Positions 39,183 to 53,461 of a DNA stretch of 64,000 nucleotides are shown in pieces. Origin of the DNA: Eledone cirrhosa (lineage: Eukaryota); the NCBI GenBank assembly GCA_964016885.1, contig OZ024740.1:40982001-41046000 (forward strand), in the 5' to 3' direction. Each line of letters begins with the position of its first letter. Position 1 is the stretch's first letter. The notes beneath the pieces were generated by a model that did not search any database, was not told the origin of the DNA, and was given only the letters and a program-made list of their open reading frames with translations. Position numbers and translations under genes: made by a program.

Positions 39183-39388
39183 CCCTTTAGCATTTACATT
39201 ACTCTATATATTGTCATGGTAAAGGCTTTATCTTACATAATTATTTCACATAATATCAAAACCGAGATTTTGATATTTATTTTGAGAACAATACCTTCAC
39301 ATCAGTATGAATTGCTGGTTACAGCTGGTTTGAACAGAAAAAGGTGAGAGAATTCTGGCCGGATATGGCTAGTTTAAATGCTAAAGGG
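39183..39388. mobile_element. piggyBac-type MITE
   Basis: TTAA|CCCTTTAGCATTTA ... TAAATGCTAAAGGG|TTAA; second copy at 57039-57430. Confidence 0.88.
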
Positions 39389-39725
39389 TTAATTCAGCCT
39401 TCTGCCTTCCATCACTTGTGAACATGACCTCGAGATACTTAAAATTCTCCACCTGCTTCTGTGGAACTCCGTTCACATAATTTTCTTTATGCATTAAAAA
39501 AACCTTATACAGGACAAAAAAAGTATGTTACTAGAAATCCCGTTATAAAAGAAAAAAGATGGGTTGGAATCTCAATATGTAAACTAAACTAATTCTGTTT
39601 TTTTTTAAAAATCCACAGAGACAACCTAAAAATATTACCAATACCTCTCCCCTATTAGTTTGGGACCAAAGTGTATGAGTGAGAAAAAGGGTGTTTGGGA
39701 GAGTATATATGTAAGTGTGTACATT

Positions 39726-39785
<60 letters not shown>

Positions 39786-40189
39786 AATGGAGAAAGTCAG
39801 ATAAAAAAGTAATTTAATTGAAACTATAAATTAAGCTAAAATGATAATAAATACATAAATAAATAAAAAGAGGTAGGTAAAATCCTGACGCCAGTGCCAA
39901 GCAGTTTCAGTTTGTGTGTTCAGCAAGCCTTTCAAGAGTGTAGTAATTTTTGCAGGGTGTGTAAAAATAGATCACTATTCATATATAAACAGTATGTTTA
40001 TATATGAATAAGTTCTTTTTTTCTGGTTTTATACTTTCTGAAGATTTTGTTAATTTTTTTCTGCAAATTTGGTGTTAGAAATTTTCATGTTGAAAGTGAT
40101 GAATAGTTTAGGTTCTATGAGCCTTTTTGGAACATTTTTCTCCCCCCACTTTAATTTTATAACAGAGAATGCACAATCACAATACAGAG

Positions 40190-40580
40190 TATAGCAGTGG
40201 ACAGAACCCTCTTGGACTAGAGAGGGAATGGGCAATATCAGCCGATATCCCAGACTGGCATAAGAATTATCACAAATTCATCAGCATGAAAGGAAAAAGA
40301 CCAGATATTGTCTTGTGGTCAGAATTAGATGCCAGATTCATCCTGGTTGTTCTGTGTAGATGAACAAGATGGATACAAGATGCGGAAGTATGAAGACATT
40401 GTCAGAAAGTTGGCAAGAGAGGGATTATCATTGAACAATAAAGCCAGTGGAAGTTGATGCATGAGGATTTGTCACAGCTTCCATGTGCCAACGACTAGGT
40501 TGGAAAAGAACAGCAACAATTAAACGCTTGTCAGAGACAGCTGCGAAAAGCTCAATGAGGCTATGGTTGAAAAGGAATGA
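40190..40580 (+). mobile_element. Degenerate RLE non-LTR (HERO/NeSL-like) C-terminus
   Basis: KRPDIVLWS...KYEDIV...PVEVDA*GFV...AAKSSMRLWLKR. Confidence 0.62.
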
Positions 40581-41465
40581 CAACTGGAGCAAAAATAAAA
40601 TAATACATGAAGCCACTAAAATTAAATTGCTGCTGAGAAAAATAGATATTTCTCATTGGGGAAAAAATCCAGGTTTCGTAGGTTTAAATATATGTGAAGT
40701 GTTAGTTCTACTGATGGCCTTTGTGGCTGAGTAACATAAACCACAGGAATGGGAAACAAGATCACTGAAACCCAGGTTCCTATCCCACTTGAGAAGGGTA
40801 AAAAACAGCATGAGTACATCATGACCTAGGTAGGCCTGGCTCTCTTAAAGTGTCAAGACGAATCAAGGGCTGAAATACTTACTTGATGGAAGTTCTCCCT
40901 CTGAAGATCCTCCAGCTGTACACATGCCCTGTCACAAGTTTCCATCTTCCGAGAACACAAGTTACAATTTAGGTGATTTTAGGGGCTGTCTGTTAATAGG
41001 TTTTAGAGGCTGTTGTCTTGCTGTACCTTAATACAATAAATGGTGCTATATTGAGAATTTAAAATCACAATTTCCAATAGGTTTTAGAGACTGTTGTTTT
41101 GCTGTACTGTAAAATATTTTACACTATTGTTTAGTCAATAGCACTTACATGTCAACCAGCAGATCATCAGACGACATGCTTTACAGCATATAGTTACAAC
41201 CCTTTACATTCTGAGTTCAAATACTGCCAAGATTAGCTTTGTCTTCCATCCTTAAGGAGTTGATAAAATAAAGTACCAGTAGCACACTGGAGTCCATTTA
41301 ATCAACTTGCCCCTTTCCCTACAAATTACTGGTTTTGTGTCAAATGTAGAAATAATTATTTTGCCGCTGTAGTAATTACTTTTGTGTCAGTGTGGAATGT
41401 GTCCACATCTAAATCTTGCTTCAAGAACTTTTCCATTTTCTTTTTATGTTGAGTCTGTCGACATT

Positions 41466-41695
41466 GTTGAGTGATAGGTGACTGAGATTGAGCAAGTAGT
41501 TGAGTGATAGGTGATGAGATTGAGCAAGTAGTTGAGTGATAGGTGATGAGATTAAGTAACTAGTTGAGTGATAGGAGATTGTGATTAACCAACTAGTTGA
41601 GTGATAGGTGATTGAGATTAAAGAATTAGTTGAGTGATAGGTGACTCAAATTAAATAATTAGTTGAGTATAGGTGATTAAGATTAAAGAATTAGT
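41466..41695. repeat. ~33-bp degenerate minisatellite, about 7 copies
   Basis: AGTTGAGTGATAGGTGA..GAGATT..G.AA.T units. Confidence 0.9.
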
Positions 41696-42159
41696 TCTCT
41701 GAATAAATACTAAACCCTAATTGCAGGTATTCAATGTTTCTTTTCATGGCAGGTATGAAGTTGATTCTGATAAAACCATATTGAATTCAAGATGTTCACA
41801 GTCTGCTACATTCTGAGGACTTGAAAATTGTTTTCAATCCTGTCACACAGTTTTTGTCTTAGGTCTACCATAAACTCCAATTATGCTGGTATCATCTCTT
41901 TCCAGTTATATTTTGTAGCATAGTAAAGAAGTAAAAAAAATAGTACTAGCAATCATCAAATATGTATGTACCAAGATATCTTGATCTACCAAGGGTAACT
42001 GTGAACTTTATTTTGTCTTTATATACATGAGTTGCTCACAACTCCATATGCTCGCAGCCCAATGATGATTGCTTTCCCATATGTTTCAAGATCTATACAT
42101 ACATAATTTACATGTGTACACACATAAACACATGCATACACTAGTAACATTTTTCAAGA

Positions 42160-42720
42160 TTTCTTGGTGGCACACTGGGCACAGCAGCAGCGTCCTTGAT
42201 TTATGTGGAATTCCCAAGGTGATTCTTCCCTATCCCATCCCACTGAACAACCGCAAACCAATTCATTCCATTGCTGCATCTACTCAACAACAATCAACTT
42301 CATTATATTTCTGAAATACAGAGATCTGTCAGTTAACTATCTTTTCCAGCCTGTGGCGTTCGAGATGTTTAGGGGAGTTGGGCCGCTAACTGCGAGGTTC
42401 TTACCCTCACTGGCGGCTCTCTTAACTGAGAAAACTGTTGATGATCGTGAAGGCGCTTGACTGTTCCAGCGCATCAGCCTCGCCATCACCTGAGGTAACG
42501 CTGTGAGCGTGCTGGCTTGCCTCAAAAATTATTAGAGGTTTTCCAGCGCTCATCGCGCTATCGTTATCTTTTGTTCTGGTAGCGGTTCGTTTGTCCACCC
42601 CTTTCGTCTGCCTTTTGTCGTGGTTCTAGATGTGTGTATTACCTGCTTGTGTATATTCTTCTTTTTCCTTTCCCTTTATTGTCTTTTATTCTCTTTTTAT
42701 TTGTAATATATGTATATTTG
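42160..42720 (+). mobile_element. CRE-like RLE LINE 3' remnant
   Basis: KYRDLSVNYLFQPVAFEMF...LFQRISLAIT*GNA; 3' part matches 30950-31190 inverted. Confidence 0.68.
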
Positions 42721-43548
42721 AATACTTTCCTCTTTGCTACACATTTCGTTAAAAATATACTGTAGGACTAAGAAAGCTAGCAATTCACAGAAAAAGAATT
42801 TTATGAAATGTAATTTAGTTTATAAAGAATAACCCCCCCCCCCCAACAAAAAAGAAACAAAAGGGAAAAATATAATTTAAAAAAAAAAAACAGTGGGATG
42901 GAGTGGAGAAGACTAAATTTTATGTCACAATAAGGGGTGCTGGAGTTTCCACCTAGTAATTGTAAAGGTAAGCCGACACATTGGCAACATTGCCGCGGAG
43001 TATTTCATTGATTCGAACATTGTAAAGTGAACTAATTAGTTTTTAACAATATTGACTTAAGTAAATGTTGGTTACTTTAGATAACTGACGTATCTCACCA
43101 TCTCATCTTTCTTCTTTGATATACACAATAATGGATTGTTTATAGATTTCTTTCTTGGCCAACAGACTGGTTATACACGTTTGATCCAAACTGTAATAGT
43201 ACACGTTACCACATACATGTCATCATTCAAAACAATAAGCACTTAATTTTCGAAATTGCTAAGTCATTTCCTTACTTAATCGAGTGCCTAACCCTAACCC
43301 CAATTCGTTCATAATTATTTTAAAAATTCTATAGATAAAACAGAGAAATTCATGAGTAAAATTTTCGTTGTGTAGCAACAAAAATAATACATATATATAA
43401 AAAGAAAAAAAAATAGTAGATGCAGAAAGCAACACGGTAACTGCTCCGAACACAGTCGCCTACACTATACCGTAAGAGAAGTTTATTTTTCATTCAGCTA
43501 AAGAATAGCCTCGACATAGGAGGACACAGAACAGCACAACCATAAACA

Positions 43549-43642
43549 ATGGCCCAGAGTAGTGGAAAGGTACACAAAGTAGAAGTATACATTTATGATT
43601 TATCTAAAGGAATGGCCACGGCTCTTTCATTGCCTTTATTAG
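43549..43642 (+). CDS. DESI1: Desumoylating isopeptidase 1 (PPPDE peptidase), coding exon 1
   Basis: MAQSSGKVHKVEVYIYDLSKGMATALSLPLL(G), matching the DESI1 N-terminal VxxYxYDLSKG motif; phase-1 donor AG|GTAAGT. Confidence 0.92.
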
Positions 43643-43885
43643 GTAAGTTCCTCGCTCACATGGCGGTTACAGGTATAATATAATTAATCTCATTGAACGG
43701 CGATTCAGATTGTCAAATCATACATGTACAAGCTAAACAATACACAGGAACACACAAAATTACAGTCATTCACACTTACACACATACATAAATACCACTG
43801 ATTTTAATATATTTGGGATTTGTAAACACATTTATGAATGGTTTTAATTTCAAGTTTTAAGTAAAATTCATCACTTTTTCACTAT

Positions 43886-43918
<33 letters not shown>

Positions 43919-45633
43919 CTTATATACACTTACACAGCTGCTATATATGCGCTAACGTATGTGTGGGTAGAAATTTTACTAAAGCTATTTCTTAGTTTTT
44001 CTAATATTAATGACTGTTTCACGAACTATATTTTATTATTACGTGTTCAATATTTTATAGGTAGTTCAATATTTAAATAGAATGGATAATTTTGAATGAA
44101 ATTTTTACTTTCATATTTTCGATTCCTCAAAGATCGTTGAATGTAAACTTACTCGATAGAAAACACCTTTGTAAACAGTTCTCTCGGTATATTTCTTGCC
44201 AAAATGTCTAGTTTGTTTTAAAGCCAATATCTAAATATACCATATTTATTTATCTTTGTTACAACATAAAACATCTAACTGTAACACTGATTTTTCAGAC
44301 TAAGACGCAATCAAAACAGGAATACAGGCATATTGTTGTTTTATAAAGGCTCATATCTATTTATTTTAATTATGTGTCGTTCATGACTCTTCCAAAGTCA
44401 TTATAAGGTGAAGTGAAACAGTTTACAATTAAGATTAGAAACCAGATATTACACTCAGTTTGCCGGTTACCTTTCTTCTACATTGATCAAGGTATTTTCA
44501 GACCACTCTAGTTATAATTAAATCTTAGAACTCTTAAATTATTCATATCAATAATATAAATTAGTTATATATTTTGTACAGTTCTGTATTGTTAATATTG
44601 TAGCATCTCAACCAATCTTTATTAATCGTAGTTAGCGAATTTTCAGCGTAAAAACACATCGAGCTGTTATGTAACTTAAAATAATCGTTAAAAATTACGC
44701 AATAGAAATAACGAAAATATTAAATTCTAATGCAAATTTTATTAAAATTTCATTCAAATAATGTTCTTTTATTTTGGAAACCCCTTTTTAAAGTATGTAA
44801 TATTATTAAAGTAACTCCAGTAGATGCACATAAAATAAATGTTAGGAAATAGTTTCACTTCTGTTTTACAGTGACTCGGCAAAACACACAGGGGAGATAA
44901 TTCTGTTGGCAACACTACAGAAGACCAAACTATAACGTAGTTATAGCTACTGACAATTATATAATATTAGATAGTTGTTGCTGAAACACCCAAGACACCT
45001 ATGAATTGTTAAAGACATTTCAAGCCATGATCAACCCGTCTTTTTCGGCGTATCTAGAGCTATAGTATCTAATGTAACTTTCCCTTTCTAAAAATGGTAG
45101 GGTCACATTTGGCTATTATTTCTAGTATGGCGAGATCAATCGTCTTGAAGAATTTCGGTCTTTAGGGTTTCAAACAGAAGAATTGCAGACTTTATCGTCT
45201 GAAAATGAGAAAAATTCTAAACAAATAGCGAGCAGTTTGATTCGTTTTGTTTTTTGCGCTTGCAGCAATGTTCAATAAAATTTAGTTCAGAGATTGGCAG
45301 TATCGGTAGAGGGTCGGACGCCATGCTTTGACGCATAGAGTTACGGCCCTTGCCATTCTGAATTCAAATCCCGCCGAGGTTAACTTTGCCTTTCATCCTT
45401 ACGGGGTCGATAAAATAAAGTACCAGTAATGCACTGGATAATTGCTGGCCTTGTGCCAATAGTAGAAACAATTATTAGTTAGGGAGCAGGTTAGAACTTA
45501 CGGTTAGCAGTTAAAGGGCTAAATAGTCACGGTTGGAAAGATGTAGATGTGTTTGAATTTCTTTGTCCACAACTAATTTTTATCGTATGCACGGGAACCT
45601 TTCGGCCGATCCTTGTATTTAAAATCTTCCCTG

Positions 45634-46680
45634 GGATGAGGTGATAAAGGCCGACCTTACCCAATTGCACCTGTCAAGAGCAATGACACGACCGTGACCT
45701 TTGGCGTCACGCAGTAATACAGAAGACCCGACCTCCCCACAGGAACAAGCCGAAGCTGAAGCATATAGACAATATGCCCCCACACCTCCCACTGCAAAGT
45801 GGTCGTGGAGGTGCCACGGCAAATAAGCACCCAGCACTCACTGTAAATGAGGTTGGTGTTAGGAAGGGCATCCAGCTGTAGAAATCAAGCCAGAATCAGT
45901 TCCTGTATGAGCAAGACAAGGTCAGCTGACTGGACACTGCTCACAACAGGACAACCCGTCTAACCCATGCTAGCGTGGAAGAATGGACGTAAAACGATGA
46001 TGATGATATATATATATATATATATATAATCATCATCACCGTTTTATGTCCGTTCTTCCACGCTAGCATGGGTTAGACGGGTTGTCCTGTTATGGGCAGT
46101 GTGTAGTCGGCTGACCTTGTCTTGCTCATACAAGAACTGATTCTGGCATATATTGTCTATATGCTTCAGCTTCGGCTTGCTCCTGTGGGGGGTCGGGTCT
46201 TCTGTATTACTGCGTGATGCCAGAGGTCACGGTCGTGTGTCATTGCCCTTGAGAGGTGCAATTGGGTAAAGTCGGCTTTTATCACCTAATCCCAGGTCTT
46301 CTTGGGTCTCCCCACTCCGCGGCTTCCATCAACTTGTAGTGCTCTGCACCTTTTTATGCAGCTGTCATCCTTCATACGCATCACATGTCCATACCAACGC
46401 AACCTCCTCTCTCGCACACAGCATTTGATTATTCTTATGCTCAGTCTCTCTCTCAATTCGTCTACAAACAGCACCCAGGTTTCACTTCCCTGTAACATTG
46501 CTGTTCGTATACACGCATCATACAGTCTGCCTTTCATTTTGAGGGAAAAGCCTTTTGCAGCTAGCAGTGGCAGTAGCTCCCTGAACTTCTTCCATCCCGT
46601 TCTTACCCTAGTTATTGTACTTTCCGAACACCCACCTCCACTGCTAATTCGGTCACCTAAGTAGCAGAAGCTGTCTATAT
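45634..46680. mobile_element. Two RTE (second family) 3' fragments tail-to-tail: 45634-46008 (+) and 46030-46680 (-)
   Basis: FCYLGDRIS...RERRLRWYGHVMR...GRPKKTWD on minus; shared 3'UTR inverted around a (TA)n spacer. Confidence 0.85.
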
Positions 46681-47078
46681 ATATATATGATGGAGGCACA
46701 TGGCTTAGTGGTTAGAGCATTGGCCTTGCAATCGAAAGGTTGTGAGTTCAATTCTTGGACCGGGTGATGTGTTGTTTCCTTGAGCAAGACACTTTATTTC
46801 ACATTGCTCCAGTTTACTCAGCTGTAGAAATGAGATGATAGGGACTGGGGTCCCTATCATTCCACTGCAAAGTGGTCGTGGAGGTGCCATGGCAAAAAAG
46901 CACACAGCCCACACTGTAAAGTGGACGTGTAGGCGCCACGGAAAAAAAGCACCCAGCACTCACTGTAAATGAGGTTGGTGTTAGGAAGGGCATCCAGCTG
47001 TAGAAATCAAGCCAGAATCAGTTCCCGTCCCACCCTTGCAAGCAGGGAAAAGCGGACGTAAAATGATGATGATGATAT

Positions 47079-47116
<38 letters not shown>

Positions 47117-47143
47117 GTATATATATATGTATATATATATCTA

Positions 47144-47271
<128 letters not shown>

Positions 47272-47299
47272 CATATATACATATATTATTTTAATAAAT

Positions 47300-50200
47300 A
47301 TCATCATCATCATTGTTTAACGTCCATCTTCCACGCTAGCATGGGTTTGGACGGGAATTTTCCCACGAGGCAAGATTGGTTGTCTCGCTCGTATAGGACT
47401 GTCTGGCGGGTTTTCTACGGCTGGATGCCCTTCCTAACAACAACCACATTTATAGTGTGGACTGGGAGGTTTTTACCGTGTTACCTACACGGCCACATTA
47501 CAGCGTGGACTGGGTGTTTTTTTGTCGTGACACCTACACGCCCTCAGTTGTTTCGGACTGGATGCTGTGGTACCAACATAATTTTACATTGGAAGGGGTG
47601 GTGTGGATGGGGTGGGGGTAGTGGGACCGGAGTGTATTTTGTTAGAGATGTCTACTGACTGTAGTAGGTTTTACTTTGTATTTAGGCAAGGCGGGTCTTC
47701 TCTATTACTGAGTACCGCCAAAGATCTCGGTCCAGTGACATTGTCTTGGAGAGGTGTAAGTGTGTGAGGTCGGAATTTAGCAAGTCGTCCCAGGTTTTTC
47801 TGGGTCTGCCTACTCCGTGGCTACCGTCTATTTTTATCGTCCTGCACTTTTTTATACAGCTGTCGTCTTTCATGCGCATCACGTGACCATACCAACGTAG
47901 TCTTCTCTCGAGTAAACAGCATCTGATCCCTCTTATTCCTAATTTCTCTCTTAGTTCGTTTATGCTTTGCCGTTCACGTATATTACTATTACACATCCAG
48001 CGGAGCATGTAAGCTTCGTTCCTCTCCAGTCTGCGTATATCCTCTGCACACAATGCCCAGGTCTCACTGCCATGCAACATTGCTGTTCGTATGCAGGCAT
48101 CATACAGCCTGCTTTCATTTTTAGTGAGTACCCTTTAGCGGCCAATAGTGTTATAAGCTCTCTGAACTTTTTCCATCCCGTTCTGACTCTAGCTACTGTA
48201 CTTTCGAAGCACTCTCCACCACTGCTGATTTTGTCACCCAGGTAACGGAAGGTGTCCACTATTTCTATAGAACCATCTGTGCAATGGAATGAGCTAGTAT
48301 TTTGTGGACACTTGCTGCTACTTATTGCACCAGAGCACCGGCCACATATAAAATCTATATTCTTAGTTAGCTTACCTGTGATCCCACTACATCTTTTATG
48401 CACCCATACTTTGCATTTGGGACATAAAATGGAGTTTCTGCCTACTCCTTTCCTACACACTGAGCATGGCCATTTCCCAGATGGGACTGGTGCCCTATTT
48501 TCCTTCCTACAAACTAGAACTTTAGTCTTAGACAGGTAATTTTAAGGCCTTTTGATTCTAGGCCATGCTTCCATATTTGGAATTTCTTCTCTAGTTTGGC
48601 CATTGATTCAGCTATGAGTGTTAGATCATCTGCGTATAGGAGTTCCCATGGGCAGCCGGTCTTGAACTCCTCTGTTATAGCCTGAAGGGTAATAATAAAT
48701 AGTAGGGGGCTAAGGACGGAGCCCTGATTAACACCAACCTTTACGCTAAACTCTTCACTATATTCGTTGTTAATTCTAACCTTGCTGACTGTTTCTTTAT
48801 ACATGGCTTGTATAGCTCTCACAAGCCATTCATCAACACCTAGTTTTCTAAGAGCCCACCAGATAATGGAGCGGGGGACTCTGTCAAAGGCTTTCTCCAA
48901 GTTAACAAAAGCTAAGTATAGGGGTTTACTTTTAGCTAGGTACTTCTCCTGTAGTTGTCGTACAATGAAAAGAGCGTCTGTGGTACTTTTACCTGACACA
49001 AACCCGAACTGCATTTCATCTAGATCAATTCGCTCTCTGATTAGTTGCGCTATTACTTTTTCTGTGACCTTCATGACCTGGTCGATTAATTTAATGCCTC
49101 TATAGTTACCCCTATCTAGGGCATCTCCTTTATCCTTGTAGCAGTTAATGATGATGTTGCTACGCCAGTCCTTTGGAATGACCCCATTCTGTATGACTTG
49201 GTTTACTATCCGGGTGACCATAGTGTGTCCCACCGTTCCAGATGCTTTCAGCATTTCAGCAACTATTTCCAAAGGCCCAGCCGCCTTACCCGTCTTCATA
49301 TATTTGATTGCCTTACTTATTATACTACCTTCAACTAGCACTGCTGGTGCCTCTATTGGATCGATGTGGGGGAGACTGTCTTTCTCCCATTTATTCTCCT
49401 CATTTAGTAGACTTTCGTAGTGACACTTCCACGCTACCTTCTTATCAGCGTCAGTGATGGCAAGTACACCATCATCATTAAAGACACACTTCTCCCCGAC
49501 AATATCACTGTTTTCCTTGACACATTGCCTAGCAATCCTGAACACCTCACGTTTTTGGTCCTCGCGTTGTAGTACACTTATCTCCTAGCTTCCCTCCTGG
49601 CCACTTGATAGTCTTCTCTACTTCCCCCATCCCGCCATACTTTCCAAGCCTGCTTTTTGGCCTTAATTGACTCCTCCACCTTACTGTTCCAACACCACGT
49701 TACTCTCCTCCTGCCTATAGGCCTACTCCAGCCACAGACATCATCTGCCGCCTTCAGCAGGTTAGCTTTCAGAAATTCCTACTGTTCTTCTATATTGTAC
49801 GACTCTAATTGCTCTTCCTTACTGTCAAAAGCATCAAGTAATATGCTTTTAAATTTATTACTGGCTGTGGGGTCCTTTAGCTTCCATATTTTTCTCCTGA
49901 GGATAGTCCTCCTCTGTTGTCGAGTACGTCTTGTCCTGACTACGAGGTCGCTCACTATGAGTCTATGTTGGGAGGTGCATTCTTCATGGGGGAGGGATTT
50001 AGTGTTTACGATAGACACTCTATCACGTCTTCTGGTAAGGATATAATCTACCTGACTGGCGTGTTCCCCTGATCTATAGGTGATCAAGTGATTGTCTCGT
50101 TTTTTGAAGTTAGTGTTACAGACAGTTAGGTTATTTGCGTCACAGAATTCCAGGATTCTGGCGCCTTCCTCATTTCTAGTACCAAACCCATAGCCTCCAT

Positions 50201-51146
50201 GGATTCCGTCATAGCTATCACAATGTTGTCCAACGTGACCATTTAGGTCGCCAGCAATAATTATGTAGTCACTGTCGGTTATTTGGGAGGTCGTGAGCAT
50301 CAATGTCTCATATAATCTGTCTTTTATAACGCCAGGCAGTCCGGATAGGGGTGCATACGCAGATATTACTGTCACAGTAGTTCTATTTAGGACAACTCTT
50401 ATTTTAATTATTCTGTCGTTCACTCTATTTACGTCTATTATCTTATCTACCTATTTTTCTGCTAATATGATTCCTACCCCACCCAGCCCATTGTCATTTC
50501 CCACCCATAAAAGCTTATAGCATCGTTTTTTACCCACAATGAACCTAGCAGACCCACCCCTCCACCTGGTCTCTTGGATACAGCAAACATCAACCTCCTT
50601 GCGTTCAAGCATTTCTACAACCTCGTTAGAGTGATCTTTTAAGGTGCCTACATTCATGGTACCAACTCTGAAGTTTTGGATTGCGTTTGGTGGGTGGGAA
50701 CGGTGGGGCGTGGGGAGGGGTGAGGGGGCTGGGGTTGGGGTTATGTTGGCCATCCGCGGCCGAAACATGAGGTGAATTTGTCTTTATCTTTGGCATTGTC
50801 ACTCAGTGTCCAGATTTTTTCAGACTCTCCAGAATTTCCTAGTCCATCCATCATATCGAAAGGCAACCGGAAGAAGTGATAGCATAGGCCGCTGACTTAT
50901 GATTGGTCGAAATAATAATAATGGTGGTGAGTGGGGCGGGTGGGAGGGGTATGGGGTGTTAGCGAGAAGGTTTAAATAAAATCCTCGAAATTTGGGCATA
51001 ATTGGACAAGCATATAACAGTAATAAGCGAATAATATTTAGAACAACCTGACAGAATTATAGAATAGCATTGAGATGGACCGGGAAATGGAGAGAACGAA
51101 AGAAAATGGCATTCTACATTACATTTTCACAGGAGAACGAACAGTG
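47300..51146 (-). mobile_element. Near full-length RTE LINE (frameshifted, one internal deletion)
   Basis: APE (GTMNVGTL, CIQETRW, SAYAP, GDLNGHVG, SQVDYIL, SQHRL); RT (NYRGIKL, QFGF, LEKAFD, GVNQGSVLSP, LYADD); Cys-rich insert; (GAT)n tail. Confidence 0.95.
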
Positions 51147-51167
51147 TATATATATATATATATATAT

Positions 51168-52707
51168 AGTAATAATAATAAATTTGAAGACTAAAATCCA
51201 AAGACGGCTCGATAAGGATAAATATACATCAAATATATAAGAACCGTAGAGCAAATATTTATTAAAATAACAGATTAAAGTTTAAGCAAAGAATCGCTGC
51301 TTTCACCCTTAACGGGATCTTCTGAAACTAACAAAGTCAATCTGTGAACGCAGAAGTGAATATTTCAAAAAACGTTGCAACCGGAGGAAGACAGGAAGAC
51401 GATACTTTGGTTCGTGGAAACGTTTCCTGGCAAAGAACGGGAAAAAACGAATATAATACGTCATTATTTAGAGTGGTGAAAAACAATTACATGCAAAGAC
51501 AGAACCACGTTTATGGTATAAAAGAAGTCGTAGACTAATATTCTTTTAGGTGGTTCATAGAGACGTTCTCAGGCAATGAACGGAAAAAACGAAGATAATA
51601 CATCATATGTGGAGCGTGGAGAACAATTGCACGCAAAAACAAAACCACGTAAATGGTATAACTGAAATCCTAGACTAAAATTCTAACTAGGAACCCGAAT
51701 GATTCTCCGCTTCAGAGTTAAGAATAAAGTAAATAAAATACAGAGGTAATTGAAATTAAATAAATACATACACGCATCCATATACATATATACACAAGCA
51801 TACGCGAAAACACTCGCCATAGGTATACATATACACGCACATATAAATATGTGTGTGTGTGCGTGTATACAAATAATTAAATAAACGTATATAAATAAAT
51901 AAATACGTATATAACAAGCGCACACACATACCTACATGTAAATACACAAATGTTCGGAGACCAACGTCAACCAAAACACGAAGTACACATATACACACAC
52001 CCTACATACGTACAAACCCGCATACTCACACAGATGCAAAACTCACGTATACACATAACCAAAAGCATATGTACCAGAATATATAAAATATACGCCATAA
52101 CATATACAATCAAATATACATACGAGAAAGTATACGTACCTTCACAAAACATACAGGTAATATATACTTACCTATGCAAATAAGTAATGGTATAAACATA
52201 ACATATACTTAGCTACCACATCAAGACGTAAAATATCCGCGTATAGATCGTACTATACGTTAGGGTATAATGTGGGGCTGTAATACAGGAAAGTTTTTTG
52301 CAATTTATGTTTAGAAGCCGAAATAGCTTCAGATTTTTTGTGGTCTGTGGCGTAGAGTATTTCCAGGGCCTCAGCGGCGCAGAGGTCACATGGTCTTTTA
52401 TTTCCATTATACGATTTAGCCCTAGCTAGGATCTCCCAGTGTAACTTAAATTGGGTGTGGTTGTCTTTGCGTGTAATTGTTTTTCACTGCTTCTAATAAT
52501 GACGTATTATATTCGTTTTTTCCCGTTCTTTGCCAGGGAACGTTTCCACGAACCAAAGTATCGTCTTCCTGTCTTCCTCTGGTTGCAACGTTTTTTGAAA
52601 TATTCACTTCTGCGTTCACAGATTGACTTTGTTAGTTTCAGAAGATCCCATTAAGGGTGAAAGCAGCGATTCTTTTCTTAAACTTTAATCTGTTATTTTA
52701 ATAAATA
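51168..52707 (-). mobile_element. Second copy of the 5531-7283 Naiad-like Penelope family with inverted pLTR
   Basis: Reverse-complement match to ~6020-7283; 52461-52707 is inverted to ~51255-51500; CDLCAAEALEILY C-terminus; (TA)n flanks. Confidence 0.9.
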
Positions 52708-53372
52708 TATATATATATATGGAGGCACATGGCTTAGTGGTTAGAGCATTGGCCTTGCAATCGAAAGGTTGTGAGTTCAATTCTCAGACCGGGTGATGTG
52801 TTGTTTCCTTGAGCAAGACACTTTATTTCACATTGCTCCAGTTTACTCAGCTGTAGAAATGAGATGATAGGGACTGGGTTCCCTATCATTCCACTGCAAA
52901 GTGGACGTGTAGGTGTCACGGCAAAAAAGCACCCAGCACTCACTGTAAATGAGGTTGGTGTTAGGAAGGGCATCCAGCTGTAGAAATCAAGCCAGAATCA
53001 GTTCCCGTCCCACCCTTGCAAGCAGGGAAAAGCGGACATAAAATGAAATGATGAATGATGATGAAATGATGATATGTATATATAGACCACGAAAAACATG
53101 GGCGGGGGTGGTGAGAGCAGACCTCAGATCGCTGAAACTCACGGAGATGACGACGAAGGACCGTGACGGGTGGAGCGATGCTGTGCTAGGACCCGTCCAA
53201 CCCTTGCAAGCAGGGAAAAGCGGACGTAAAAATGATGATAATGATATGTGCAGAAAGTTCCGTAAGTCTGAAGAAAACTGGTAGGAGAAACAAAGTCAGC
53301 ACTCGATGCAGAGCAGAGTTTATATAATAAGAACAAAGTGGAGATGTTACATAGGAGATTTATTGCTCAATC

Positions 53373-53461
53373 CTGGTTACAAATGTTTCTCAAGCAGCAG
53401 GTTCGTGATCTGGGTTGGCACCCCCAGACCAGACTCCAAGTCTGCCTGATCCTTAGACCAG
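53373..53461 (-). ncRNA. Hammerhead fold with branched stem II and G5A substitution, inside palindrome ~53328-53535
   Basis: Minus strand: CTGGT-CTAAGGA-TCAGGCAG...CTGCTTGA-GAAAC ATTT GTA-ACCAG. Confidence 0.6.

Noticed and set aside
43287-43301. Telomere-like CCTAACCCTAACCCC
   Set aside because: Only about two units; no array.
43259-43453. XRCC6/Ku70 as divergent partner of DESI1 (the human arrangement)
   Set aside because: No Ku70-like peptide recognisable on the minus strand in this window.
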